63,439 bases of DNA, filler included, from Perkinsus chesapeaki ATCC PRA-425 (GCA_013115145.1; 6 parts of 6 records of this genome joined end to end with filler, not necessarily neighbours in it), one strand, 5' to 3'; numbered from the whole stretch's first letter, positions 47,429-60,334 are shown. Program-made: numbers and translations. Notes: generated by a model not told the origin, from the letters alone.

Positions 47429-49708
47429 TCATTTATCATTCCACCTCCACTGAAATACTCGGCCCCCCTCCCACACTAGTACCTTCCCATCATTTACGAG
47501 CTGCTGAGCCTTGGCAAGAACTCCCACCAGTGGGATATTGGAGCCACCCTGTTCAGTGTGCTGCCGCAAGAATGATACAGCATCGACCGGGTCACCGCCG
47601 TTCAACAACGCTTCAGTGAGAAGCTCTGTCAATCTTGGGCTGGCCGAGCGGGTACTGAGTAACCTCCAAGCCATGTCCATCATACACTGCTGGCTCCAAT
47701 GGACTCCCTTGAGCTTTGATGCCATATAATGCTGCTTCCACATTACATCGAGACGTTCTACAATCTCCATAGAGTCTAGCAAAACGTGGTAGTGAAGCAG
47801 CTGCTGCAGCCAGTGCTGCTGGTGGGCTATGACCGAGAGATCGAACAGGAACAGTTGTACACGTCGGTGAGGGTACACCGATAAGGCCAAGAGTGATCGA
47901 CAGTATATAAGAACCTCCGACAGCAATCTCTTGAGCTTTGTCAAACGTGTCGAGTCAGGAACGTGATCGATGCCATACTGTAGGAGAGCGGTAGAGGCAG
48001 GCGCTAGCGGGGCCTCGGGGCAGTCCGGGAGGATGGAGCATAGCACCGGATGGAAGACATAATCAATGGCATCGACTTCGGTGAGAATGGTCCTATTGCC
48101 AGCAGACTCGAGCAGCCTCGCCAAGCTGACAGTGGCCCCGCTGTCACCACCTAGAAGTGGTGTCCTCTCGATGCACTCACGATAGGACGAATTAGTGGCA
48201 TCAAAAATATATGCCATCTCCTCGAGAGTTGGCGGAGGATCCCTCCCTTTAATGAAGTACTTCAGTGCTTGGCACAGCTCCTCCCGGCATCCCCTACGCC
48301 TCAGCAGCACCCTAACGATCTCGAGCATGCTCAAGGATTCTGAATGCACCAAGTCAGCCGCCAGCGGCCGAGGCCTCAGCTCTAAAGCGTAAACCGATAC
48401 GTGGCTCTTGTCCGCCAAAACTATATAGTTGTTCTGTGATGATTGCCATATTGCCGAGGGATGCATCTTTCCGGGGTACTCGAGCCTGAACGGCGGCACC
48501 AAAGGCAGGGCCCGGCCACTGCCACGAGCGTAGATGTCGTAGATGTACCAAGTCGGCAGGATACCGTCCGAGACCCCAGGGGCTCTACTAACGCAGAGAA
48601 GTCCATCAACTACGTGAGCAGCCACAACTGGTGATGCTCGAGAAGCACCACGGGAGAGAGCCGGTAGCTGGATCACAGCGTCGTGCTCCGGACTGGCCAA
48701 GCCGCTGACAGAGAGGTTCCTCAGTGAGAGTCTGCCAGCAACGTTGTCGGTATGACAGATGTAGGTGCCGGCAACGACCTTATGGGAGGTCGAGCTCGCT
48801 ACCGAGTCTATGCGGATGAGCGAGACTTCATCTACACAATCTTGAGGGTTGTGTGGATCCGCTGGGTAGAGATCAAACTTAGGCATTTTAACAGCAATAG
48901 TGGCCTTCGTTGATTTAGGTGACACAGCTGGGAGCTGAGGGTTTCTAAGATGTGGCTTAAGATCGAATGGTTGAAGAGTCCTTTGATTCAAACACAGCAC
49001 ACAAATGCCGCTCTCCGGCTCATACCAAACATGCCGAACAGTAGTAGACGCTTGAGGCCGACCACCACTAGCACGATTGCTGCTGCTGGATCCAGCCAGA
49101 GGAAAACGCCGCAAAGGTTTGGCAAACTTCAAAGCCGAAGAGAGCCGGAGTACATCCAGTGAGGCATGGGAGACCACTACTAGCATATAAGAGTCCAGCA
49201 CTACGGGGAGGTCAGCCTCCATAGGTAACGAATGATCTGCCGCCTGCTGCTGCGGCTGCACCCAAAGGACGTCTACAATGGTGTCTATCCGCACACCAGG
49301 CGCCAACGGTACCTCAATCATCTGCACGGAAGGATTTCCGATCTTCGCAATCAGCAGTTGCGGCGTCGGACCGCTGGTGGCATAAGCGAAGAAGTTCCCG
49401 CAAGGAGATACCCGTACCGGAACGGTCTCCGCGAGGGGCTGTCCACCCGGTATGGTGACGAACTGCGGCTCCCCCGAATGGCCCTCGCAGAGATTCACCA
49501 TGAAGAAGCCCGCCCTGCCCTTAGGAATGTGTACGACCCTATCACCTCCGTGGTCCAGATAGAGACTCTCGATATCCTCCCGAGATGCGAAGTACTCTGT
49601 AGAGGAATTGAAGGCCAATGGAAGGTCTATCGGCAGGTCAGTTGGGGGCTGCTGCGGCGGCGGCGGAGCTGGTGGGGCATGTTGACTGTCAGTGGATGAA
49701 GCCTCCAT
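47429..49708 (-). CDS. RMC1: Regulator of MON1-CCZ1 complex (RMC1/Mic1/C18orf8)-like protein, ~759 aa, essentially single exon
   Basis: Long ORF with a beta-propeller-like N-terminal half. The C-terminal WLQQLLHYHVLLDS...SQQCMMDMAWRL matches the Mic1 domain pattern (LHQFLQYHVLSDS...QLSLDMLKRL). Confidence 0.75.
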   Translation of the reverse strand: MEASSTDSQHAPPAPPPPQQPPTDLPIDLPLAFNSSTEYFASREDIESLYLDHGGDRVVHIPKGRAGFFMVNLCEGHSGEPQFVTIPGGQPLAETVPVRVSPCGNFFAYATSGPTPQLLIAKIGNPSVQMIEVPLAPGVRIDTIVDVLWVQPQQQAADHSLPMEADLPVVLDSYMLVVVSHASLDVLRLSSALKFAKPLRRFPLAGSSSSNRASGGRPQASTTVRHVWYEPESGICVLCLNQRTLQPFDLKPHLRNPQLPAVSPKSTKATIAVKMPKFDLYPADPHNPQDCVDEVSLIRIDSVASSTSHKVVAGTYICHTDNVAGRLSLRNLSVSGLASPEHDAVIQLPALSRGASRASPVVAAHVVDGLLCVSRAPGVSDGILPTWYIYDIYARGSGRALPLVPPFRLEYPGKMHPSAIWQSSQNNYIVLADKSHVSVYALELRPRPLAADLVHSESLSMLEIVRVLLRRRGCREELCQALKYFIKGRDPPPTLEEMAYIFDATNSSYRECIERTPLLGGDSGATVSLARLLESAGNRTILTEVDAIDYVFHPVLCSILPDCPEAPLAPASTALLQYGIDHVPDSTRLTKLKRLLSEVLIYCRSLLALSVYPHRRVQLFLFDLSVIAHQQHWLQQLLHYHVLLDSMEIVERLDVMWKQHYMASKLKGVHWSQQCMMDMAWRLLSTRSASPRLTELLTEALLNGGDPVDAVSFLRQHTEQGGSNIPLVGVLAKAQQLVNDGKVLVWEGGRVFQWRWNDK

Positions 49709-50530
49709 ACGGCGAGCAACAAAAACTAAGGGAGAGCAAAGTCTGTAACATAATCATATTTACACATATACTACCAATTGGATATAAAAGCCTACAGGTG
49801 TACAGGTGAGACAACATCAACTACATAGTTTGACAAAAGCTAGCTGATAGGTGAACTATATGGCTTATAAGGGAGAGCGGCGAAGTTGACAGAAAAGAGC
49901 AGCCGTCATCATCTACCGCACCAATCATAAACTCTTAAATACAGTCCACCTTGAGAACCCGTAGAGTTAGGAATTTTAGATATCCTATCAAAGTCAAAAA
50001 TGTTATAGGCATTTGGTCACAACGAAATTCATTATCAAGGCTGCTCATAGTTCCAACGGTTTCTATATAAAACAGAGTCACTTATCAATTTTCAGCTTGC
50101 CGCAACCTTATAAGTGTCTAAACCTCCGATTCCGAGAAGCCTCACGGCCATACTGGTTATCTACATTGTCTTGCATCAATGATATGCCCCATAGGTGTAG
50201 ACAGAGAGGCCATATAAGCGGGGGCCAGCAGCAACTTATACCATCTATCACTGGCACTTTAGACGGCGGTCTCACTACTGGTATGTTGATAAGCTATACA
50301 CATTGCAGCACTACTAAGCATCCTATTCTTTATGACCAATGCTGCTCATTAAGAGTTATAATTCAATCACCATTCAGTCAGCTTCACACATTTCGCCTGT
50401 GACTTGTTCTCATCCCCGACAACTTCCGTTAGGGAGCTGCAAGTTGCGCAAGATGTGCAAGAATTATAATCCTCACCAGCGTCATCAGTGGGCGGTGGTG
50501 GCATGGGGGAGTAATCACGTTGTGTAGATT

Positions 50531-51772
50531 ATGTTTCCCAATGGTAGCCTTCCACAAGAGTATCATCTGGCCGCCGAGGTCTGTGCCGCCATTGCAGCCA
50601 CGTGTGGACTAGCAGTATCTTCCAAGCATCTTTGTCGAAAGTAATCCCCTCGCCTTCGTTACTGATCGTACGCCTTTCGTAGTGTCGTGAGCATCTGTGA
50701 GCGGTGGAAGATCCCAAAGGACGTCGCCGGTGCATCATTGCTTTCAATAGCGACTGCTGGCCCAGAGATAACGGTTAGTGTTGTGGCGTCGGTATCGGGG
50801 ACGCAGCGTGGGACAGTGCTTGCCGTATGTGTCATGCTCGGATCTGGGGTCATAGCCTGCCTCCTCATACCTGGCCTCATGTGCTTCCGATCAGTCCATC
50901 CGATAGTCCTCGAAATTGAACCTCTGTTCCGCGAAGTTCGGTATTACTTTATCCTGTTGGTGATCCTCTCCGCGACGACTGTCATGGCCAGTGGCCTATG
51001 GTTGAGGTTCGCAGCTGCCTGCATGGTCGCCGTCTACATCACGTACGTTTATACGTTAACGAGAGCTGCTGCTCCGTGTACCGATGACCGAGAGGAAGAT
51101 CCCCTAATAGTGGTCCGGTCGCCCTCCCATTATATTGATGACTCGGGAGGCTCGACCTGCTCAGGTTGTACGCTCGACTCGGCGACCAGCGGCCTTTCTG
51201 ACCTGGCCCAAGACGACACCAGTACCGTCATGACCGTCGCCTCGTTTGTAGCATGGCCTGTGGATGCTTCTCTAAACACATTGTCACCTCAGCATCGCCC
51301 TGGCCATGATTTCCTAGGTTGCGTGGCTTCCGTGGTGTGGATGAGTGTCAGTGCATTCGTTATTACTAAAGTGGTGGACACGTGGGTGACCGGACACCCA
51401 GGCTTCGTTGCGATGTTCGTAGTGTCTCTCACGGCTGAGCTGCCGGATATATCCAATGCTTTGAGACTTACCAGTATGTCCGAATCCTCGATGGCGATGA
51501 GCAATGCCCTCGGCGCCCAAGTCGCCAATCTCGGACTAGGCCTGGGGCTGGTGTGGCTCCTCCAACCGCCGCATTTCCAAGGCCATCCGCTCTTCCTTCA
51601 AGCCGCCCTGGTTGCGTTGCAATGGTCTCTGCTTGCCTTCACCACTACCTTCGTCATCTCCTGGAGGTTGAAGGGGGCTCTCACCCGCGGAGCTGGAGTA
51701 GCGTTGTTGATGATGTATGGCTTAGTGTTCTTGGCACTCTCAGCGGTTTATGCCCTCGATGTCCTCACATGA
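50531..51772 (+). CDS. Ca2+/cation antiporter (CaCA) family, NCKX/NCX-like exchanger; start uncertain
   Basis: ICERWKIPKDVAGASLLSIATAGPE (alpha-1 repeat) and SLTAELPD...MAMSNALGAQVANLGLGLG (alpha-2 repeat); about 10 hydrophobic segments; one intron near 50640-50681. Confidence 0.85.
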
Positions 51773-52125
51773 ATTGATGTCCTCCTCAGTGTGTTGAGTT
51801 GAGGGCTGCTCAATCTCAGGCCTCATCGAATGTCTGGCGATGGGAGAAATGGATAACTATTTTGTAAATGTCAATTAAGAAGAGGCTGTATCGCTGCTCC
51901 TTTCCTGCATCAATTCCGCCGTATCCTTGTGGCTCCCTATGGGGTGGTATATGTCCTCATCATCATCAATCTCCTGGAGCTATGTCCCAATCCCGTCCTA
52001 CTTTGGAGAAACACTATGAAAGTGGCTTTGTTTCATCCATATCGCCCCTACAATGATAGCTTGCTCCTCTTATAGGGCTGTATTATTTCTTAAATGTTCC
52101 TTTATGTGCAGCATTCTCCCATTTG

Positions 52126-52916
52126 ATGCCCTCATCATCCAGTCGATCTGGGCGGCGGTCGGCTCAGACACCAGAAGGAGCTGCCAGTAGTGCCTCATCA
52201 TCCGAGGAGAGCTCCACTATCACGCGGGAGATCCTTACCTGGGTGCAATGTGACAAGTGTCGGAAGTGGAGGAGAATCTCTGGCACGGAACATCTGCCTC
52301 AGAGATGGTACTAGGGAACACTGCCGTGGCCTTACCATCAGTTGGTCCACGATAAGGTATTGCTCTCTGAACCCGAACCAACGCTATAACAGCTGCGACA
52401 TCCCAGCCGAGCCGGAGTCACTGGACATGGCTTATACTCCCGACTCCGAAGTGGCCCAGGCATCGCCAAGTCCTTTGACCACCACCAGCACTGCCACGAA
52501 GACGGAACCGATAGCAGCAGCAGCAACACCCTCACGAGTAGGCGTCATTCTCACCTGGGCATGACCAACGTGGCTTTGATCTCAGGAAGCCTCAGGCCCT
52601 GTGGCAGCCAGGAAGATGTACACGGCCGAGTATGACCGGGCTCGAGATATGCTCCGTAAGCTATCGGATAAGCAGCTTCAGGACCTGAGTGCCAATTATG
52701 TACGTGTGGTCCGCCGCTCGCTGAGCTTTACGGCCAGGTTAGGTCGATTGGCCGCAGCTGCTCGAGCTCTTTAGAAGAACTCCTCGGGAGGAACCAGAAG
52801 CTTCGCCAGCATGGGCAGCACCCCCGAGAAAAGTGCCGAAGAAGGGCGAGACGCAATCCAGGGCTGATGCCTTGAATGCGGCGGCTCAGGTGGTGCTAGG
52901 CGGGATGGGATGGTGA
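52126..52916 (+). CDS. Small CW-type zinc-finger protein (multi-exon)
   Basis: Spliced WVQCDKCRKWRRISGTEHLPQRWYCSLNPNQRYNSCDIPAE is a canonical zf-CW; stop TGA at 52914-52916. Confidence 0.85.
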
Positions 52917-53170
52917 TCGGATCTCATGGCTTTAGGAATATCTACCTCCTCATGTCGCACGGGAATGCCCGGCAATAATATCTATGCATGATCGAGAAGT
53001 GAGGGTCCGGAAAATGGTCCGGGAAAGCGAAGCAAATCTAGAGGCTGCTAGGGGCAAGTGTAGAGCGAGAAGTCGGGGGAAATTACCAACGTGAATCATT
53101 TCGGCAAAGGAGGGGTTGTGTTGGCCGATGTCAATTGACGGCTGCTGCAGTAGCTCCGGTCGTATTCGTG

Positions 53171-53564
53171 ATGAGTCTCGGCACAGCTGATTCACAGAAG
53201 GACGAGTTCCGCAAGTACTTGGAGAAGACAGGCGTTGTGAGCCAGCTTACTCGTGTGTTGGTCGGCCTTTACGAAGAGCCGGATAGGTCGGGGAAGCTGA
53301 TACTGGTCGACGAATCGAGCTCTATGTTTCGGTCAGGCCGTCAGATGGGATAGACTACGTTAGGAAGTATTTGGGGGCACCAACAGGTGTCGATATCGAG
53401 GAGCTCAGATTGGAAAATGAAGAGCTTAAGAGAAGGAATGAGGACCTGCAGAAACAGGTGAGTGCTGATTCGTCACTCTCGAGCAGCGCCTAGGCTGGCA
53501 CTAGGTTGATGGGCTCATCGAGCAGCTCGAGGCGATGAAGCAAGGCACAGAACAAGGAGAGTGA
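53171..53564 (+). CDS. MYCBP: c-Myc-binding protein (MYCBP/AMY-1)-like, 3 exons
   Basis: DSQKDEFRKYLEKTGVVSQLTRVLVGLYEEPDR...IDYVRKYLGAPTGVDIEELRLENEELK, followed by a coiled coil. Confidence 0.9.
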
Positions 53565-55226
53565 ATCTCGTGATAGCATGTCGTCGAACCTTTCACAATC
53601 GTTGTATGGACTCGCGTTGCTGCGAAGCAATCGAAGCTGTCCGTAATTCTGGAACACGAAGCCAGATGACATTATCCGTTACACACTTTATCGGCGAGCT
53701 GAAGGGTCTCCAGTTGCTATAGTTAGCACTTTTTACAAACACAACGACAAATGGATCAGTTACACAACTCTTAAAATAAAACATTTTTTAAAACACTAGA
53801 GTCGAGTCAGACTGTCAGATAACACCATTTATCAGGCAGTAGTCTCCGGCAAGCTAGTCGNNNNNNNNNNNNNNNNNNNNNNNNNNNNNNNNNNNNNNNN
53901 NNNNTTAATTAATTAANNNNNNNNNNNNNNNNNNNNNNNNNNNNNNNNNNNNNNNNNNNNTGTAGAGAGTGACCCGTCGAGGTGTTTGGTGCTGGCGAGC
54001 CCCCTCGTTGGTGCTGGTGAGCCCTCCACGCACCCTGTAAGCCTAAGAAGAACCCGTTTTATGTTGGGCCATATGATAGACATAAAAAAGGCGAGATTTT
54101 CTCTATCAGAGAGCCCGTCTCAGACAGGGGTAATGAAGTGATATGGTAAGTCTCTCAGTCACTACGCACTTCTGGAGCATCTTAGGGGTACTGTTGAAGG
54201 TTGTACAAAATGCATAACGCAAGAGTAGAAAGTAGTAGGTTAATACTACCTAGTTAACCTTGGGGTTCAAGGCATCAGCCCAGGCTCTATTACAGGGGAA
54301 ATGATGATCGGGGTCCAAGTAATGTGTTGGCATCTCTTCCCCACTGCATTGTATCTTTCCAATGCAAAAAACCGTGTCACTACAGTATCCAGTATGTGAA
54401 TAACAGCTTTCTTGTCCATTACTAACCCATTCTGGTCGTGCTTCTATTATAGGGGTGTGCATCTTCTGTAGTTGATAATCGTTTCATTCAGGAGGTATAT
54501 TAACTTTATCCTCCACGTATCTTCATGCTCTATACAACTTAGACTATATACAACAGAGTAGTTAATACACTAGGGTGCATCACCATCTTTCTCTTGTTTC
54601 AGGTAACTGTTTAGCCGATCTAACACCACATTTGGAGGTTATGCAATTTAACCCAACCTTAGTCTCTCAACGGGGATATGCCACGGGATACGCATATGAC
54701 TGTTATTTTGTGTTACGTGCATCCTATGTGTCATGTCTACGGACATCCCTCATCTTATGCGAAATTCACACTGTGAATAGATTGATAATGTAGATGTACT
54801 CTAGTTCTTTTTATTTTACCATAACTTCCTACATTTCTTCTAGGAGTACACCACACGTCTTACATGCTGTATAATTTTATATTGAGGTATATTCACGGAA
54901 GGTCTGCTTATCATCAAACTCTGATCGGTCCATATATTGGCTATGAATACTAACCTTTAAGCCTAGCTTGGAAAATCGTCACCATGCTCGTCTTGTAGTA
55001 GCTCGTGATCATTCTGTACCTCGATACTACCGAGGGAGGCTAATGTGGCATCTGATGGCGAGCTCAAGTGTATTGTTGTTATGTGGAGCCATGTGTGTTA
55101 GGAATGCCTTATAAATGAGCAGATGATTGAAATCTATCCTCCCCTCACGCTACTACTTCATACAGTAATGGGAATAGAGGCTAATATAATGCATTATAAT
55201 AATAATTATAGTTGTTCCTATTATAA

Positions 55227-55631
55227 ATGGGCCGATCTGCTAAAGCTACACGACAGACATCATACGAGAAGGTGAAGAAGCTACGTAAAAGTAGGGATTG
55301 GAAGAAAAGTGGATCACGGGTAATACGAAAGATATTATGGTGGGGGCTGCTTATAAGTGTATTTAATAATTTATATCATAATTATGTTTATTGTATCTTG
55401 CATTGTTTAGTATCCCTGTACTAGTGGATATAATCGTCATGAAGATGCTCTTCAGTGTATCATTTTCAGTATTCCCTACCTCAGGCCATCCGTAAAGAGA
55501 AGAAGGAGGCTATGAGACAGAGCAAACTTGAAGAAGAGGAGGGGGATCAGCAACCAGTCGTCATGATGGACTCGACTGATGATTTACCATCAACCAATAA
55601 GTCAACAACTGTCAAGATGGATATGAAGTAG
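55227..55631 (+). CDS. Small basic/acidic hypothetical protein, 2 exons
   Basis: MGRSAKATRQTSYEKVKKLRKSRDWKKSGSR | GTAATA...CTCAG | AIRKEKKEAMRQSKLEEEE...KMDMK*; phase-0 junction. Confidence 0.6.
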
Positions 55632-56361
55632 ATCTCTACTTTTTCCAAATACGTAAATAATAGCTCTCCTCTGTAATATTCATCAGAAAGTTATGGTGTT
55701 GTTAAAGTGCCTTCCATAATCATTGCATACAATGAGGAATATATATGATATATTGTTTTTATCTTTCTTTATAACATTAAAGTTTGGGAACATGTACATG
55801 GGTATAATTTATATGTTCTAATATTAGATATGCTACACGACATGAGTATAACTAGCATCAAAATTGAGTCAATGTCGTTGACTGGAACTACTAGATTAGG
55901 AACGAACTACACAGGAAAGTTGAGTAATTCAAGACACTGCTGTAATGAATACAGTACCATTGATGAAGGATCATGTTGATGGTAATTTATGTATTGAAAC
56001 TCACCTGCCAGTTCTTTTAACATTATTTGAATATAATGTAATATGGTTACGGTCAAGCCCAGCAATAGGACATGTACATTAGATGGAAGAGTGAAAGAGA
56101 GCTAGCTTATATGGTGTAGACTGTGTTGTAATCGAAGTCTATGCTGCTCCACTCAGCAACTTCGAACTGAATATGGGTATATACAGTGCTATTGATGAAA
56201 GCCCCATCTGCTGACTAACACTACTCTCAGGTGCCGATTAGACTGAAATGGACAAACTGACTTTGATGATCTCTTTTATAAACTTCATCCTCATCCAGCA
56301 ACATCATCATAGGCAATCGGAGGATACAAAATGCGATGATGGTGCGGATGCTACAGCGCTG

Positions 56362-57180
56362 CTACAGAACTCCATTATGGTTATGCACATCATCACAAAA
56401 TGGATCGTGACAAAGCTTTGATCCGCCATTGGGCGAGATATAGTAATCCTTTCTCAGGAAATCACGATGAGTGACATCGAATAGAAATAGTGATTTCTCG
56501 TAATCTCGAAGGGAGGCATAAACAATGAAATGACGAAGAACCTCGTCCGCACCGACTTCGAAGGCCATTTGGAAGTAGAACTCTTGAGTATGAGCTGTAC
56601 CATTGAAGTTTTCAATGAACAGACGCTCTGTTGTGCCGGCGTTAGCACCTTTTAATACTCTTAGAGAGCTATTCCAGTCGTGTGTGTGGTTACCAAGGGA
56701 AGATACGACTTGAACTCTAATATAGAAGATCTCGTTTTCCTTTAGCTCAGCTCCAGATTCAGTGTTGAAGTCCATAGTGTACGTGAAATTGGCAATAGAT
56801 CCATCATAAGCCGTGTAGGATTCCAGGAATGTCGTCCTTCCAGTAGCACCAGCGAGTCTGTACACCAATTGTTCACCTTCATGGAGTGTTTCATACCAGA
56901 TTGATGCACGTTCTTGCAGGTTACCAACGTTAGAGGGAATAATGATTGTGGTATGGGTGACATTTGGGGCACCGGATGATGGATTGCTGGAGGCATAGAA
57001 GCAGAGCTCTTGGAGGTTCTCATCCTTAAGGCACCCTTCAGGATCTTGAAAAAATGGGACAAGTTCCTCTGCATAGGTTACCACACTTTCGTTGAATAGA
57101 GGAGTGACTACCAAAATAGTCACAAGAGTAGCCAACCTTTTCGGTAGAGATAAGAGAGATATGCCTGTTGTTGAAGTCAT
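56362..57180 (-). CDS. Predicted secreted or membrane hypothetical protein (272-aa ORF; may continue into hydrophobic exons toward ~55900)
   Basis: Signal-like N-terminus (LATLVTILVVTPLFNESVVTYA) and beta-rich sequence with several N-x-S/T sequons. Confidence 0.6.
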   Translation of the reverse strand: MTSTTGISLLSLPKRLATLVTILVVTPLFNESVVTYAEELVPFFQDPEGCLKDENLQELCFYASSNPSSGAPNVTHTTIIIPSNVGNLQERASIWYETLHEGEQLVYRLAGATGRTTFLESYTAYDGSIANFTYTMDFNTESGAELKENEIFYIRVQVVSSLGNHTHDWNSSLRVLKGANAGTTERLFIENFNGTAHTQEFYFQMAFEVGADEVLRHFIVYASLRDYEKSLFLFDVTHRDFLRKDYYISPNGGSKLCHDPFCDDVHNHNGVL

Positions 57181-58613
57181 AATAATAATATAAGTGGGAT
57201 TATTAACTTAATAGCCCTAGCAGAACAAGAACAGTGAGAGGATATATATCAACAAAAACCTACTGTACGACGAGTATAGTCGGATGATATGCTCAGCAGC
57301 AGCTGCTGCCGGCCCATCCACACCAAACTAAGATAATGATGATAATGCTAAGCGTTAACGACGCGGGAGGCGATCGGTTTTCAATAGCGGATTGGCGCTG
57401 CGTGCGCGTCTCTTAGCTACCAGCGATGTGCAATCGTATTCCTTTGAGGCCTTAACTTCATTTATAATAATCATGATTAATGCAAGACAAGTGGTAACGA
57501 AGGCACAATCTAACTATGGTTATCTAACATAGTGCCTGACAGCAATAGTAGTTCAAGACTTGTTGTGTCAGTTCACATCAACTTGCGAGTTCCTACGATG
57601 AGGCGTTTCTCGCATTGGAGTAATAAGGTTAATATAACTATACTGAAATCAGTTGTGTTGTTCTTACAACCTAGCACGAGGAATGATAACTTTGAGCCTC
57701 ATATGAGGATGCCGTAGAGTTGGGGTGAAGCATCTCGTGGATTCTCCAATTCGTTTCAAAGCTATATATTGTTTCCTCCGACATAAATCATGATCTTCGC
57801 GGCGGATATGGCTAATAATTTCCCGTTACTGTTTGCAGTACCAAGCTCCCTAGTTTAGTGGAGCCTGCCCGCTAATACAAATGTACCCACGTAATTGTGG
57901 AAAGCCTCGAGCGGTCCGGTGAAGGACTCTTGAGATGCGTTGAAGGTTAATTATTCTACATCAGAGCTAAGAAGCACGCAAGAGCCCATCTTGCCTTACC
58001 AGGTGTAAATCCCTAGTATTCTAAGTCATAACGAGGGCTTTACCCACGACTACTCAACCTGCCTCCGCCGTCGCCGCCGAGTGTTGAAAGGTGAATAAGC
58101 TGCCGCCCAACCCTAGAATCTTTAGATGGAGTCAACTTGATACAAAAAATGATGCGTGGCATTTCACGCGTCGCTTCCACTCGATCGGCGTCGTTATCCT
58201 TATTATGCGATGAGTGAACCCGGTTAACACCGGTGTCGAACTTGTCAGATGTAATAAATGTAAAATACGTCCTTTCGCTTTCACTGGTGACAAACCTACC
58301 CGACTCGCAAAAGACAGATAGCCTTTTCGTGGTATGGGGTCGGAGGAGGATAACTATGCGTTGTTAATATGCAATTGTGAGCTAATGGGATTGTTACAGA
58401 CTCCATCTACCTACAAACTGCCCCCTTTATTATAGAATACAGAAGGACAGGTACAATATTATAATACTAGTGGAGATGGTCTGCAATAATAACAATGACA
58501 TAACTAGTATTGGTGTATTGAGTTATAGATAGAGAATATGAGCTCAAATATCATCGAGTGTATTAATATTATGATTATTGTTGGGGAGAGATATATACCG
58601 ATTATTGTTGATA

Positions 58614-60334
58614 TTAGTGAGGGTTGGTATTGGTAGTATTGAACTCAGCTCCAAAGCATATTAAAACATTGGTAACATGGTAATATGTTAGCGGTGGCAT
58701 GGTTGTAGCATCATCATTATCAACTCCATTGTCTTCTTCTTTCCCCCGATAATATCATATAAGACTCCATAGTCTTCTCCCTGGCATTACGCCATTGATT
58801 GAATGCTGATCTAGTTATATATCCTATACCATTAATATCAAGGAAATAGAATAACATCTATAAAGCATATATATACTAATAACAATATACAGATAATACC
58901 TTACATTAACAGCATCAGGGCTATCAGTAAACTTTGCTGTACGTGCTGCTGATTGTAGTTTATTTATTGTTACTTTACCACTAGGTAAACCACATGCTCT
59001 ATCTAAATAATCATATGCATCATTAATAGGGCTAAGCTCCTTTATCCATTCCTCAAATGCAATTGTGTACCTATTCTATAATAATACAGGTAACTGTATA
59101 AAGCAACCATGGTTAACTAAGGTTACTCATAGAGTTCCTTCAGCCAATGGTAAAACTCTCGTGCTTTCTCTTTGGTCATACCAGATGGCTCCACTCCTTT
59201 GGAAGGAGGCATTAACCCATCTTCTACTGCATCACCATCATCAACCACTCTCTGTTCTCTTTTCTTCCTTCCCTTTAACTTCGCTGCTGCTGATATCAAT
59301 GCAGATCCACTAAATGCCATTGGCGCTACAGCTTTCCGTGGCACTTCTGTAGTGTTGTTGTCAGTAGTATCATCACCAGCTGCTGCTGGTGGTTGTGTTA
59401 TTAATCTTTTCTCATCTATCCATCTCCTTTCTAGTATTCCACCAATACCCTCTTTAACTAATATAACACCTGTCCTTTTAGGTGAATGACTTCTATTTCT
59501 CATTAATTTAACCCTTTCTGGTGCTGGATCAAATGATGCCACAAATGTAGCACGTCCCCCTCTAGTATCACCTAAGCATACCCATATGGTAATCCTTAAT
59601 ACTGTAATACACTTACGCCATTCCTTCATAAGATCAGCAGCTAAGTCACATTCATCAAAATTAGGTGGTAATGTATTCTTCTTCAAGGCCCCCCCTATCC
59701 CTGCCTCTCCTTTCCCTACTCTCCAACTGCCAACTAATGGTAATAGATGTTTAACAACGAAATGTGTGTATCTACGATAGTGGCGGTAGTATAGTAATGT
59801 GTATGCATGATACTACTGCTTACGTATCAACTAGTGTTTTACTAATGTGATCTTGTTGTTGTTGTTTATGTAATGGATAACAATAATTAGCAACCATTGC
59901 TATTGCCTTTTGAAATCCTTCTAGTCTAAGTCGTCGCATACCCCCAGGTAATAATGACCGATAATGTACATTAGTAGCAACTGATGGCCCTACGAACTAA
60001 ACAAAAGATATAACCGTATTATTAATAATATAGTCAATATTATTACATCTAATACCCCCGCTCGCTTTAATAACCTTCTCCATTGTGTTTCACCAATACC
60101 TAGTTTACATTGGCTCATACATATATTACAATATACGTCAAATACGCATTGTTCAGCTGATACTAGTAATTCTAACTTTGATGGATTCCTACCACCACCA
60201 CCACCTTTAATACCCTTCTTTTTTACTGTTTGTAATGTATTATCATCTACACCTACTGTATACCATGGTTGGTTGTATCCTAGTGTAGTAGTATCCTCAG
60301 CAGTAGCACCAATACCAAAGCATGAGAATGACAT
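58614..60334 (-). CDS. Hypothetical multi-exon protein with a p25alpha/TPPP-like domain and degenerate EF-hand-like motifs; ends approximate
   Basis: IGETQWRRLLKRAG..SVATNVHYRSLLPGGMRRLRLEGFQKAIAMVANYCY resembles the p25alpha pattern (F-x-KL...F-x-K...RI-x-F-x-x-F-x-x-AL-x-x-IA). Later exons give AYDYLDRACGLPSGKVTINKL and GYITRSAF. Confidence 0.5.

Noticed and set aside
49232-49699. 155-aa plus-strand ORF
   Set aside because: Antisense to the RMC1-like CDS, with no independent motif.
50013-50527. Small gene upstream of the exchanger (ribosomal L33-like hint KMCKNYNPH)
   Set aside because: Several alternative frames are equally plausible and the similarity is too short to support.
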